Below are positions 1-9,311 of a stretch of 32,322 nt of DNA, in pieces. The notes beneath the pieces were generated by a model. The model was given only the letters and a program-made list of their open reading frames with translations, was not told the DNA's origin and ran no database searches. Numbering within the stretch: the stretch's first letter is position 1; every line of letters starts with the position of its first letter. This DNA is from Alteromonas sp. (GTDB lineage: Bacteria > Margulisbacteria > Marinamargulisbacteria > UBA6595): the NCBI GenBank assembly GCA_964220215.1, contig CAXPTH010000019.1:1-32322 (forward strand), in the 5' to 3' direction. The translations under genes were made by a program, and so were the position numbers.

Positions 1-167
1 CTCTGGCTTTTCCCCGGAACTACCGTGAGCCGACGCCCAACCTGCCAAGCAAATAGGCTTAAAACAACCATGATAAACCAGGTCGTTCCCAGCATAACCG
101 GGTCGACGATGATTGTCTTCCCAAATATTGTTATTGCCCATTCACTTATTGCACCAATTTTGTCCAT
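1..167 (-). CDS. atpB: F0F1 ATP synthase subunit a, 5' part (runs off the window)
   Basis: Not in the ORF track. My translation from ATG at 167 is MDKIGAISEWAITIFGKTIIVDPVMLGTTWFIMVVLSLFAWQVGRRLTVVPGKSQ. The TW..M..L transmembrane helix followed by R.L..VPG..Q is typical of subunit a, and the gene lies downstream of atpI. Confidence 0.88.
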   Translation of the reverse strand, partial: MDKIGAISEWAITIFGKTIIVDPVMLGTTWFIMVVLSLFAWQVGRRLTVVPGKSQ

Positions 168-185
168 ACTTATCTCTTTTTTATT

Positions 186-1016
186 TTATGAAGGATCATT
201 GTACCAAACGTCGGGGTCTATCGACAAGCGTTGAATATACCGCCACGCATTGGATTGGGGCAATGCTGTTGGCCACGACTGTGCCAAACCGGTTTCAACA
301 GGGACAAACCCCTGAACCCCAAGATCCTGCGTCATTTGATGCACGTTGTCTGGATTGTCATCCACAAATGCCCAGTTAGTACCCAGCGAAAGCCCCAAAA
401 CAGTCTGGCAATACGCCTGTACAACCGTCGAAAACACCGGCAAGGGCTTGCCCATCCAGTGAATAGGGCCAACCTGCCGCTCAATTTGCTCTGAAAAATG
501 ACCAATAACCGGCACCCGTTGGGTATTGGCCTGAACATACCGGTCTGGATTAATACAAATAATTGGCACATCCGGACGCATCCGTTTGTGCTGAATAACT
601 CCCGTATAGCCATCCGCTTGGTCCGATGTGCAGGCCAAGACAACCGCCTCCGCCTGGGCCACATCCAACACCCGGGACCCCCCCGCATCGTGCACATAGC
701 AAAAGGCATCGTCTGAACCGACTAAAAACACCGATTTTCCATCAACTAGACGCCGAGCGCCTGGATCCCAAGCCAAACCACGACCCGATGAAATAATACA
801 CTTCGGATCGATCGGCATCCCCATTGCGTGCAAACGCGTAGAAATGGTGTCTGGGGATACGCTGGTGTTGTTGGTAACCACCACCACCGGCTTGCCGGCA
901 TCCAGCATTGCCTGAACACATGCGACGGACTCTGGAAACGCCCCCAGGTGGTTATACAACACCCCAAAGGCATCCACCAACAGCCCATCGTATGCACAAA
1001 AATTTATACCCGGCAT
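186..1016 (-). CDS. HAD-superfamily hydrolase, subfamily IIA (NagD/TIGR01459-like)
   Basis: Motif I LLVDAFGVL, motif II VVTNN, cap NPD, motif III MGKP, motif IV FVDDN. The start overlaps the atpI stop (TAATG). Confidence 0.85.
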   Translation of the reverse strand: MPGINFCAYDGLLVDAFGVLYNHLGAFPESVACVQAMLDAGKPVVVVTNNTSVSPDTISTRLHAMGMPIDPKCIISSGRGLAWDPGARRLVDGKSVFLVGSDDAFCYVHDAGGSRVLDVAQAEAVVLACTSDQADGYTGVIQHKRMRPDVPIICINPDRYVQANTQRVPVIGHFSEQIERQVGPIHWMGKPLPVFSTVVQAYCQTVLGLSLGTNWAFVDDNPDNVHQMTQDLGVQGFVPVETGLAQSWPTALPQSNAWRYIQRLSIDPDVWYNDPS

Positions 1017-1381
1017 TACAAGCTCCGGCGGGCTTTCACAATCAACACTGCAATTAAATACGCATTGTAACTAAATAGACCCAAGAGCGTTATCGGCATG
1101 CTCATCATCGGAGAGGCTGCGGCATACCCAATGGGAAGTGCGTAAACCGCCAACCGAGCCAAAAAATAGGCAAAAAATCGACCATAGTGCCGGTGCGCCA
1201 CAACCGTTTCTTGAGCCCGAACAAAGACCCAAAACCCAACCGCTCCGCAGATACCCCCCGAGGCCAACGACAGGGCCCACACCCATTGGCGAATGCCCAA
1301 ACACACACACACACAAACCCCCAGGCCAATCAGAACTGGCCGAATCACCCGGTGGCGCAGCAACACCAAATTACTGGCCAA
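1016..1381 (-). CDS. atpI: ATP synthase subunit I (AtpI-like membrane protein)
   Basis: 121 aa with four hydrophobic segments and F..RL..Y motif (YFLARLAVY). Located upstream of atpB. Confidence 0.75.
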   Translation of the reverse strand: MASNLVLLRHRVIRPVLIGLGVCVCVCLGIRQWVWALSLASGGICGAVGFWVFVRAQETVVAHRHYGRFFAYFLARLAVYALPIGYAAASPMMSMPITLLGLFSYNAYLIAVLIVKARRSL

Positions 1382-1598
1382 GGCGCATCACCTGTTTGTA
1401 TAGCTGATAAAACCCCACCAACACACCGGCTAAAACACCGAAAATAATCCCCCAACCATGCGCATTGATCACACGCTCAACACCCCATCCCAACACGCCG
1501 CCGGCACCCACACAGCCAATCATGGTCATCACCGATACCGATGCCGCCCGCATGAGCTGCTTCACAACAACTTTAGGGTCTTCTGACATGACTCCCAA
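1371..1598 (-). CDS. AtpZ/AtpI-family small membrane protein (start may be ATG at 1589)
   Basis: Two TM helices with the G..LGW..E......W...G...G...GFY pattern. First gene of the atp operon. Confidence 0.75.
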   Translation of the reverse strand: MGVMSEDPKVVVKQLMRAASVSVMTMIGCVGAGGVLGWGVERVINAHGWGIIFGVLAGVLVGFYQLYKQVMRLGQ

Positions 1599-1632
1599 GA
1601 AACTGGTTTTTATTAAAAATCATAACGAATTA

Positions 1633-1641
1633 ACTATAGCA
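1633..1641 (-). promoter_or_regulatory. Extended -10 promoter for the atp operon
   Basis: TGcTATAGT on the minus strand in the divergent atp/tsaB intergenic region. Confidence 0.55.
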
Positions 1642-1664
1642 CACCTGCCCAGCATCCGAATATT

Positions 1665-1673
1665 TGCTAAACT
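1665..1673 (+). promoter_or_regulatory. Extended -10 promoter for tsaB
   Basis: TGcTAAACT ending 11 nt before the tsaB ATG. Confidence 0.5.
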
Positions 1674-1684
1674 AATAGACAAGT

Positions 1685-2347
1685 ATGATTTTAGGTATTC
1701 AAACTGCACAAAAGCCCAACGGGTTGGCCCTTGTCGATACACATGGCAATCCTTTAGCCACGCTGTCTCACGACAACGGTCGCCGGTTTGGGGATACCGT
1801 AGTGGAGCAAGCCCACGCCCTGTGCGAACAGGTGGGTAAAACACTTAACGATATTGAAGCCATTGGGGTTGTTACCGGGCCCGGCGGGTATACGGCCGTT
1901 CGGGTGGGGGTTGCCCTTGCCAATAGCGTGTCGCTGGTAACCGGATGTCCGGTATACGGCATAGACACACTCACCGCCATGGCTCACCCCTATTGCGCCA
2001 TCCCAGGAACGGCGCTGGTTATGACGCCCACGCTTGGTACCCAGGTTGCTGTTCAACTCATGGGGTTTCACACCAACACAATCAACCCCCTCACACCCCT
2101 GGATGTCATCGATGCGGCCACATTGGCCAACACAGTGGCCAACGTGTCGGGCAATCTGTATATTATCGGGACCCTGCCTGAACCCATCGCAACGTTGGAT
2201 AATTCGGCATTAATTCGGATTCACACCCTGCCCGATGCCCGAATAGTTGCCCAATGGGCCGCACAACAATTTAGGCAAGAGACCCCATCACACGCCTGGG
2301 TTTCAGCCTATTACGCCTACGCAGCCGTTGCACCCCCCAGCCGATAG
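1685..2347 (+). CDS. tsaB: tRNA t6A biosynthesis protein TsaB (YeaZ)
   Basis: N-terminus MILGIQTA, plus IGVVTGPGGYTAVRVGVA (GPGSFTGLRIG-like) and PVYGIDTL. Confidence 0.9.
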   Translation: MILGIQTAQKPNGLALVDTHGNPLATLSHDNGRRFGDTVVEQAHALCEQVGKTLNDIEAIGVVTGPGGYTAVRVGVALANSVSLVTGCPVYGIDTLTAMAHPYCAIPGTALVMTPTLGTQVAVQLMGFHTNTINPLTPLDVIDAATLANTVANVSGNLYIIGTLPEPIATLDNSALIRIHTLPDARIVAQWAAQQFRQETPSHAWVSAYYAYAAVAPPSR

Positions 2348-2362
2348 CCATCCGTGCAATTT

Positions 2363-2383
2363 TATGCCAAATTATGGCATACT
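2363..2383 (+). promoter_or_regulatory. uvrA extended -10 (TGgCATACT) overlapped by palindrome TATGCC-N7-GGCATA
   Basis: Seen directly in the 45-bp tsaB-uvrA spacer. Confidence 0.45.
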
Positions 2384-2392
2384 ATATAAAGT

Positions 2393-5179
2393 ATGAAGCA
2401 ATCGAAAAACGATACTATTGTTGTATCCGGTGCTCGGATGCACAACCTTAAAAACATTGACTTAACGATCCCACGAGATAAGCTGGTTGTCTTTACCGGA
2501 CTGTCTGGATCTGGGAAATCGTCCCTAGCGTTTGACACTATTTATGCCGAAGGCCAGCGCCGGTATGTCGAGTCCCTATCTGCGTATGCCCGGCAATTTC
2601 TCAATCAACTGGATAAGCCGGATGTGGACCGCATCGACGGATTATCCCCCGCTATATCCATTGACCAAAAAGCCCCCTCCCACAACCCCCGATCGACCGT
2701 TGGAACGGTCACTGAAATTTACGATTACCTGCGTGTCTTGATGAGCAGCATTGGGGTGCCCCACTGCCCCTCGTGCGGCGGGGAGGTCCGCTCCCAAAGC
2801 ATTCAAGAAATGGTGGACCACCTGATGGGCTCCGCTGATGAAGAACCCACCATCATGGTGCTTGCCCCCATTGTTCAAGACCGAAAAGGTACGTTTACCA
2901 AAGAATTGGATCAATGCCGTGCCAATGGATTTTTGCGGGTTCTTGTGGATGGGGATATCCTGCGTTTATCTGAAAAAATTCAGCTAAGCCGCAATCACAA
3001 GCACACCATTTCGATTGTGGTGGACCGATTTTCACTATCCAAAGCCAATGAGCCTCGGTTGTTTGAAGCCATTGAAACGGCGACCCAACAAACTAAGGGC
3101 ATGGTTGAAATTATCTGGACAGATACCGATCGACGCCAGCTATTTAGCGAACAATTTGCCTGCCCCGACTGCCAAGTCAGTTTGCCCGAAATTAATACAC
3201 GACTGTTCTCCTTCAACTCCCCCGTAGGCGCTTGTGGGCAATGCCGCGGCCTGGGCTATCACTTGGCCTTTGACCCCTTGTTGGTTATCCAAGACGAAAC
3301 CTTGCCGTTGCGCCTGGCCACTCAACGGTGCCTGGATTTGGATTATACCGCCATTGGACGCGATGCGGATCAGCTCTGCCGACAATACGGGTTTGACTTA
3401 TCGGTTCGGGTATGCGATTTAACCCCAGAGCAGTATCAGATTATTATGTATGGGGATCCGGATAATCGATCCGCCGCCTGGCATGGGATTATGCCGGCGT
3501 TGGACATGCGGTATGCCCGATTTCGTCGGGACCACATGCGACAATTTTTGCATCAGTTTATGTCTGAACGCCCCTGCGATGCGTGTGGGGGTAGCCGCTT
3601 ATGCCCCGAAGCGTTAGCGGTTACGGTATCGGGGCTGTCCTTAGCCACTATTACAGAAAAAAGCATTGATGATTTAATTGCCTTTTTTAATCAACTCACA
3701 CTAACCGATACCGAAGCCCATATTGCCGATCAACTCCTAAAAGAAATTGTTGAGCGATTGTCGTTTTTACAGCGTGTTGGCGTGGGGTATTTAAATCTAT
3801 CTCGAAAAGCCGGAACTCTATCCGGCGGCGAATACCAGCGGATTCGGTTGGCCACCCAAATTGGTGCGGGTTTAACCGGCGTGTTGTATGTGTTGGATGA
3901 GCCCAGCATTGGTTTGCACCAACGGGACAACCAACGCCTCATTGACGCCTTGTGTCGCCTGCGAGATTTGGGGAACACGCTGATTGTTGTGGAGCACGAT
4001 GAAGATATGATTTTATCAGCGGATCATGTGGTCGATATTGGCCCGGGGGCCGGACGATACGGCGGAAATATTTTGTTTTCCGGACCCGTCAGCAAACTCA
4101 AACAATCCAAACAATCGGTTACCGCCGACTATTTATTTGGAAAAAACAAACTCAAGACACCCAAAACCCGCCGCAACTGGACAAAATCACTCGTACTAAC
4201 CGGCGCCACCAACAACAACCTCCAAGACGTTTCGGTAGAATTCCCGCTGAATATTCTAACCTGTGTCACCGGCGTCTCCGGATCGGGAAAAAGCACCTTG
4301 ATTCACAGCATTTTAAAGCCAGCACTCATTAAGCATACCAACCGCCAGTCCATTAAATCGCCGCTGTTTAAATCCCTATCCGGGCTGGAGCATGTGGATA
4401 AAGTAATCACCATTGACCAAACCCCGATTGGCCGCACGCCACGCTCAAACCCAGCAACATATACCGGTGTTTTTACCCCCATTCGAGACCTCATGGCCCA
4501 AACCAAAGAAGCTAAAATTCGTGGCTACAAAGCCGGGCGATTTAGTTTTAACGTCAAAGGCGGCCGATGCGAGGCGTGCCAGGGAGACGGCTCTGTTAAA
4601 ATTGAAATGCACTTTTTGGCCGATGTCTATGTCACCTGCGATGTGTGCAATGGCAAACGCTACAACCGCGAAACCCTATTGGTTACGTTTGACAACCATA
4701 CAATTGCTGATTTTTTGAGCATGACGGTGAATCAAGCCATGGAATCCTGCCTCAAAGACATCCCGGCTATTCACCAAAAACTCAGCACGTTGCAAGATGT
4801 TGGCTTGGGGTATATTCAACTGGGGCAAAGCGCCACAACACTGAGCGGCGGGGAAGCCCAACGGATTAAACTCGCCAAAGAACTCTCGCGCCCACAAACA
4901 GGCAACACGGTGTATTTGTTGGATGAACCCACCACGGGATTGCATTTTAAAGATATTCAAAATTTACTGGCTGTCTTGCAACGATTGGTCGATATGGGCA
5001 ACACCGTTGTTGTCATTGAACACAATTTAGATGTGATTAAAACAGCAGATTATGTCATTGATCTCGGCCCGGATGGGGGAAATAATGGGGGGACTATTGT
5101 TGGGTTTGGAACACCGGAAAACCTAGCCAAAATCAAAGCATCGGTTACCGGACAGTATTTGGCGCCATTGTTGCAATGA
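2393..5179 (+). CDS. uvrA: Excinuclease ABC subunit A
   Basis: Two ABC ATPase modules (GLSGSGKS and [13 protein letters not shown] twice, LDEP), zinc fingers and [11 protein letters not shown]. Confidence 0.99.
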   Translation: MKQSKNDTIVVSGARMHNLKNIDLTIPRDKLVVFTGLSGSGKSSLAFDTIYAEGQRRYVESLSAYARQFLNQLDKPDVDRIDGLSPAISIDQKAPSHNPRSTVGTVTEIYDYLRVLMSSIGVPHCPSCGGEVRSQSIQEMVDHLMGSADEEPTIMVLAPIVQDRKGTFTKELDQCRANGFLRVLVDGDILRLSEKIQLSRNHKHTISIVVDRFSLSKANEPRLFEAIETATQQTKGMVEIIWTDTDRRQLFSEQFACPDCQVSLPEINTRLFSFNSPVGACGQCRGLGYHLAFDPLLVIQDETLPLRLATQRCLDLDYTAIGRDADQLCRQYGFDLSVRVCDLTPEQYQIIMYGDPDNRSAAWHGIMPALDMRYARFRRDHMRQFLHQFMSERPCDACGGSRLCPEALAVTVSGLSLATITEKSIDDLIAFFNQLTLTDTEAHIADQLLKEIVERLSFLQRVGVGYLNLSRKAGTLSGGEYQRIRLATQIGAGLTGVLYVLDEPSIGLHQRDNQRLIDALCRLRDLGNTLIVVEHDEDMILSADHVVDIGPGAGRYGGNILFSGPVSKLKQSKQSVTADYLFGKNKLKTPKTRRNWTKSLVLTGATNNNLQDVSVEFPLNILTCVTGVSGSGKSTLIHSILKPALIKHTNRQSIKSPLFKSLSGLEHVDKVITIDQTPIGRTPRSNPATYTGVFTPIRDLMAQTKEAKIRGYKAGRFSFNVKGGRCEACQGDGSVKIEMHFLADVYVTCDVCNGKRYNRETLLVTFDNHTIADFLSMTVNQAMESCLKDIPAIHQKLSTLQDVGLGYIQLGQSATTLSGGEAQRIKLAKELSRPQTGNTVYLLDEPTTGLHFKDIQNLLAVLQRLVDMGNTVVVIEHNLDVIKTADYVIDLGPDGGNNGGTIVGFGTPENLAKIKASVTGQYLAPLLQ

Positions 5180-6816
5180 TTCGACGGTTTCGCTACGGGT
5201 GTTGGTGTGGGGTGTTCGGTCTTGTGTTGCAGTTATCCACCTGGGGATCTATACCCGAGTACCTAGGCCCCCACGACACCCATTACGCCATTCCAAATAA
5301 TTGGGAATCAGTCACCGGGGATCAGCGAACCGTTATCCTGCTTCATAACGAACTTCCCGTAACGTTATCAATTACATCCCGAGTCTTTCCAGAAGGCATT
5401 ACCGTCAATCGACTGCAAGATATGCATATGGTTGGGAATTATGATGGCTGGATCAGCATTGGCACCGAGCTGGGAACTTTATTTGATAACCAACGGGCCA
5501 ATGCAACCGAATCGTTTAAAGCTATTTATGGCAAAACACATTTAAATGAAAACTTGAAACCTATTCGCGATTTTGTTATTGACTATTATTTTGTCAAAGA
5601 TACTATCGGGTATATTGTGTCGATTCAAACCCCCCAGCACCACTGGCAGACGCTGAAGCCGGATATTCAGTTTTTTTTAAAACATTTTTGGATTGGCCCA
5701 GATCCCAAACAAATCCTGTCAGACACCACCCCGTATTTGTGGTCTATGAGCGGCAAAACATCGGGACACACACGCTACTTTCCCATTCATATAAACACAC
5801 CCAACACCACAACCCCCAACTGGCAGATTGAGCGCCCCCGAGAAGGCTTAACATCCGCGCCCGTAATTGGAAATACATGGTATGCTTTTGCCCAAAGCGA
5901 CCAGCTAATTGTTGGGGACCTTAAAACCGGTACCCCAAACTGGACAATGGTCGTTCCAGGCGGTATTGTGAGCCAACTGGCCATTCATAAAGATCTGTTA
6001 TTTTTTGTCACAGGAGCCAATCCCAATCAGTTAATTGGGGTTGACCCGGACTCCCAACAAATTGTTGTGCGAGTCACACTCAATGAGCCCCTAGCCAGTC
6101 CAGATATTGTGATTCACAACAACCAATTATTGCTTCAATTATTTACACAGTTAATCGCCATTGACATACATACCGGTAAATTGCTGTGGGAACACCCAAA
6201 CATCAGCAGCATGCCCCCAACAATGACTAAGGACGCCCTTGTATTAATGCCCAACAACCAAGCGGTTCACCAATTGGACAGCGACACCCGAGTACTCAAA
6301 CACAGCTGGGACCTTGCGCCCCAAGAAAGCCCCATTGCACACGGTGAGCATTTATGGACGGCCCATTATACCGGAAACACACTGCATGTCACTGTATTAA
6401 ACACCCAAACCGGCGAAGTTGATGCGCAACTGACACAAACGGCCAGTCAAATTCAAACGGTATGGCCCGCAGCTCTGTCCCAGCATCATTACGGGGTTTT
6501 GTTTAACGATGATACAGGCATGCATTATCTGTGGATTATTGATACCCGAACCCGAAAAACATCTGGGTTTGTTTTGATTGATACGCCAGTGCTGGGCACG
6601 CATATCATTGGAACCCCCGACACCTTCGAAATTGTATGTGGAACCGATCGTAGTAGTCATATTCGAGGCATTCATGTGAATACCAATACAGAAACACGTC
6701 GAGACCTACCCATTCGGCTTGAATCACCGTTGTACCACGTCATGTATGGACGATTTGGCTCACAGTTTATTTTGGGTCATAATAACCAGTTTTTACAGGC
6801 ATTATCATTGCCATAA
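5176..6816 (+). CDS. Exported protein with C-terminal PQQ-like (BamB-type) beta-propeller repeats
   Basis: N-terminal basic-then-hydrophobic signal-like segment. Repeats such as GDLKTGTPNWT and IAIDIHTGKLLWEH. ATGA overlap with uvrA. Confidence 0.65.
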   Translation: MIRRFRYGCWCGVFGLVLQLSTWGSIPEYLGPHDTHYAIPNNWESVTGDQRTVILLHNELPVTLSITSRVFPEGITVNRLQDMHMVGNYDGWISIGTELGTLFDNQRANATESFKAIYGKTHLNENLKPIRDFVIDYYFVKDTIGYIVSIQTPQHHWQTLKPDIQFFLKHFWIGPDPKQILSDTTPYLWSMSGKTSGHTRYFPIHINTPNTTTPNWQIERPREGLTSAPVIGNTWYAFAQSDQLIVGDLKTGTPNWTMVVPGGIVSQLAIHKDLLFFVTGANPNQLIGVDPDSQQIVVRVTLNEPLASPDIVIHNNQLLLQLFTQLIAIDIHTGKLLWEHPNISSMPPTMTKDALVLMPNNQAVHQLDSDTRVLKHSWDLAPQESPIAHGEHLWTAHYTGNTLHVTVLNTQTGEVDAQLTQTASQIQTVWPAALSQHHYGVLFNDDTGMHYLWIIDTRTRKTSGFVLIDTPVLGTHIIGTPDTFEIVCGTDRSSHIRGIHVNTNTETRRDLPIRLESPLYHVMYGRFGSQFILGHNNQFLQALSLP

Positions 6817-6825
6817 TTTAGATTG

Positions 6826-6834
6826 TGGTATACT
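6826..6834 (+). promoter_or_regulatory. Extended -10 promoter for clpC-radA
   Basis: TGgTATACT about 60 nt upstream of the clpC ATG. AAGGA Shine-Dalgarno before the start. Confidence 0.55.
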
Positions 6835-6893
6835 AAACAAATGTGTTGAATCTTAGGATTATCAAGTATAAAAATATTTAAGGATTAACAACT

Positions 6894-9311
6894 ATGTTCT
6901 CACGATTTACAGAAAAAGCGATTCAAGCCATTATGCTAGCCCAAGAAGAGGCTAAAAAATTTAACCACAACTATGTAGGTACCGAGCATATTTTGCTAGG
7001 CATTCTCAGTGAAGGGGACAACAACGTTACAAAAACATTAAAAGAAATGGGGTTTAATGCTGCTAATATTAAATTAGCCATCGAAGATAAATTGGAGTTT
7101 AGTGGTTCAACAATCGAACAAACAAACATTCCATTTACACAACAAGCCAAACAAATGTTAACGGCCGCTTGGGATGAATCTCGCCGTTTGGGACACAATT
7201 ACGTCAATATTGAGCATTTGTTTTTGTCTATTTTCCGAGACCCCAATAGCATTGCATCAAAGTTGCTGGAAGAATTAGGGATCACTGCCGATAACTTTCG
7301 AAAAACACTCTTTAATGAATTGACTAGCGAACATGAATCCCAAGAATCACGCCCAATTGCCCACCCAACCCCTACGCTGGATTTATTTGGCCGTGATTTA
7401 ACCGCTTTAGCCAAAAATAATAAGCTGGACCCGATTATTGGGCGGGATAATGAGGTGAATCGCATGATTCAGATTCTTTGCCGAAGAAATAAAAACAATC
7501 CTGTCTTAACGGGTGAGCCTGGGGTTGGTAAAACCGCTGTTGTTGAAGGGCTTGCCCAGCGGCTCCTCACCGACGTTGCCCCTGAGAAACTCAAAACCAA
7601 GCGCATTATTTCCTTGGATTTGGGGTTATTGGTTGCCGGAACAAAATACCGGGGTGAATTCGAAGAACGCGTTAAAAAAATTATGGAAGAAACACACAAA
7701 GCCAAAAATATTGTGTTGTTTATCGACGAATTGCACACCATTATTGGAACCGGTGGCTCTGAAGGTAGTTTAGATGCTGCCAACTTGCTAAAACCAGCGC
7801 TTGCCCGTGGGGAACTGCAGTGCATTGGGGCAACAACATTGGAAGAATACCGCAAACACATTGAACAAGATGGGGCCTTAGAGCGTCGATTCCAATCCAT
7901 TTTAGTTGAGGCACCTACCGAAGCGAATGCGGTTGAAATTCTAAAAGGCATCAAAAAACGGTATGAAGACTTTCATGGCGTTCAGTTCACCGATGAAGCC
8001 ATTGAAAAGTGTGTGGAGCTATCCGTTCGGTATATTACTGACCGCAATTTGCCGGATAAAGCCGTGGATCTTATGGATGAATCAGCAGCTAAAATTATGA
8101 TCGCTTTTTCAAAACTACCCCCTGAGATTCAAGAGTTATCAAAAAGTGGGGATGATGACTCAAATACTAAAGCCGTCGCAACACCCGCAAGCCCTGAGCA
8201 ATATCAGCAATATTGCATTGTAAATCGGATTGTCGACACACCCGTCATTAACGAAGTCTTGTCAATATGGACCGGAATCGATATCAAACAACTGACCGAA
8301 AAAGAAACAGAACGCATTAAAAATATTAATCAAACGCTGAAGCGCGCTATTATTGGCCAGGACTCTGCAGTTGATTCAATTTCTCGGGCAGTTAAACGAT
8401 CTAAGTTGGGGCTTAAGGACCCCAAACGCCCCATTGGCTCGTTTCTATTTTTAGGGCCAACTGGCGTTGGGAAATCTGAATTAGCCAAGCAATTAGCGTT
8501 ATTTTTATTTGGGGATGTGGATGCATTGATTCGGATTGACATGTCTGAATTTATGGAAAAACATTCGGTATCCCGACTGATTGGGGCGCCTCCTGGATAT
8601 ATTGGATTTAACGAAGGCGGAGAGCTAACCGAACCCATTCGGCGAAAACCTTACTCGGTGGTTTTGTTTGATGAAATTGAAAAAGCATCCCCCGATGTCA
8701 TGAATATTTTATTGCAAATTTTAGACGATGGTCGACTGACTGACTCCAGTGGCCGTGTTGTGAATTTTAAAAACACTATTATTATTTTAACCTCCAATGT
8801 AGGGAGTCAATTCATCGAAACCAGTAGCACATTTGGGTTTCAACGAGAAACTGGAGAGGCCAGTCAAGATAAGCAAAATATTGAAAAGAAAATTGGTGAA
8901 GAATTACTCAATTCATTCAAACCCGAATTATTAAACCGGATTGATGACACTATTATTTTTGGACGGTTGGATCGAGATAGTCTATTGCAAATTATTGATA
9001 TCATGCTTCAAGAAATTCAAACCCGTCTGAAAAGTAAAAATATTACCATCCGATTTGACGATAGCATTAAGTCATTTTTAGTGGACAAAGGATTTAACAA
9101 AAAGCAGGGTGCGCGTCCCTTGCGCCGATCATTGCAAACCCATTTTGAAGATGTTTTGGTTGATACCATGTTGGATCGCGGGGTTAAAGAAGATATATCT
9201 GCCAGTGCAAAACTCAACAAAGAAAAAGATAAAATTGTATTTTCTATTCGAAAAAAACAAGCTAAAAAAAAGACGCCTGTTAAACGCATTGCACATTCCA
9301 ACCAGTCTTGA
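6894..9311 (+). CDS. clpC: ATP-dependent Clp protease ATP-binding subunit ClpC
   Basis: Double Clp-N repeat (MFSRFTEKA...HNYVGTEHILLG), two AAA+ domains (GEPGVGKT, GPTGVGKS), pore loops KYRG and GYIG, ClpP-docking FGF loop. Confidence 0.95.
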   Translation: MFSRFTEKAIQAIMLAQEEAKKFNHNYVGTEHILLGILSEGDNNVTKTLKEMGFNAANIKLAIEDKLEFSGSTIEQTNIPFTQQAKQMLTAAWDESRRLGHNYVNIEHLFLSIFRDPNSIASKLLEELGITADNFRKTLFNELTSEHESQESRPIAHPTPTLDLFGRDLTALAKNNKLDPIIGRDNEVNRMIQILCRRNKNNPVLTGEPGVGKTAVVEGLAQRLLTDVAPEKLKTKRIISLDLGLLVAGTKYRGEFEERVKKIMEETHKAKNIVLFIDELHTIIGTGGSEGSLDAANLLKPALARGELQCIGATTLEEYRKHIEQDGALERRFQSILVEAPTEANAVEILKGIKKRYEDFHGVQFTDEAIEKCVELSVRYITDRNLPDKAVDLMDESAAKIMIAFSKLPPEIQELSKSGDDDSNTKAVATPASPEQYQQYCIVNRIVDTPVINEVLSIWTGIDIKQLTEKETERIKNINQTLKRAIIGQDSAVDSISRAVKRSKLGLKDPKRPIGSFLFLGPTGVGKSELAKQLALFLFGDVDALIRIDMSEFMEKHSVSRLIGAPPGYIGFNEGGELTEPIRRKPYSVVLFDEIEKASPDVMNILLQILDDGRLTDSSGRVVNFKNTIIILTSNVGSQFIETSSTFGFQRETGEASQDKQNIEKKIGEELLNSFKPELLNRIDDTIIFGRLDRDSLLQIIDIMLQEIQTRLKSKNITIRFDDSIKSFLVDKGFNKKQGARPLRRSLQTHFEDVLVDTMLDRGVKEDISASAKLNKEKDKIVFSIRKKQAKKKTPVKRIAHSNQS

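Noticed and set aside
25..716. Short plus-strand ORFs at the window start
   Set aside because: Antisense to atpB and the HAD gene, which have clear family motifs.
1465..1844. ORFs of 124 aa (+) and 74 aa (-) across the atp/tsaB divergent region
   Set aside because: They overlap better-supported genes and both promoters.
6817..6893. CtsR or CIRCE heat-shock operator upstream of clpC
   Set aside because: Neither the GTCAAAN-AN-GTCAAA repeat nor TTAGCACTC-N9-GAGTGCTAA is present. Only a weak imperfect symmetry is seen.
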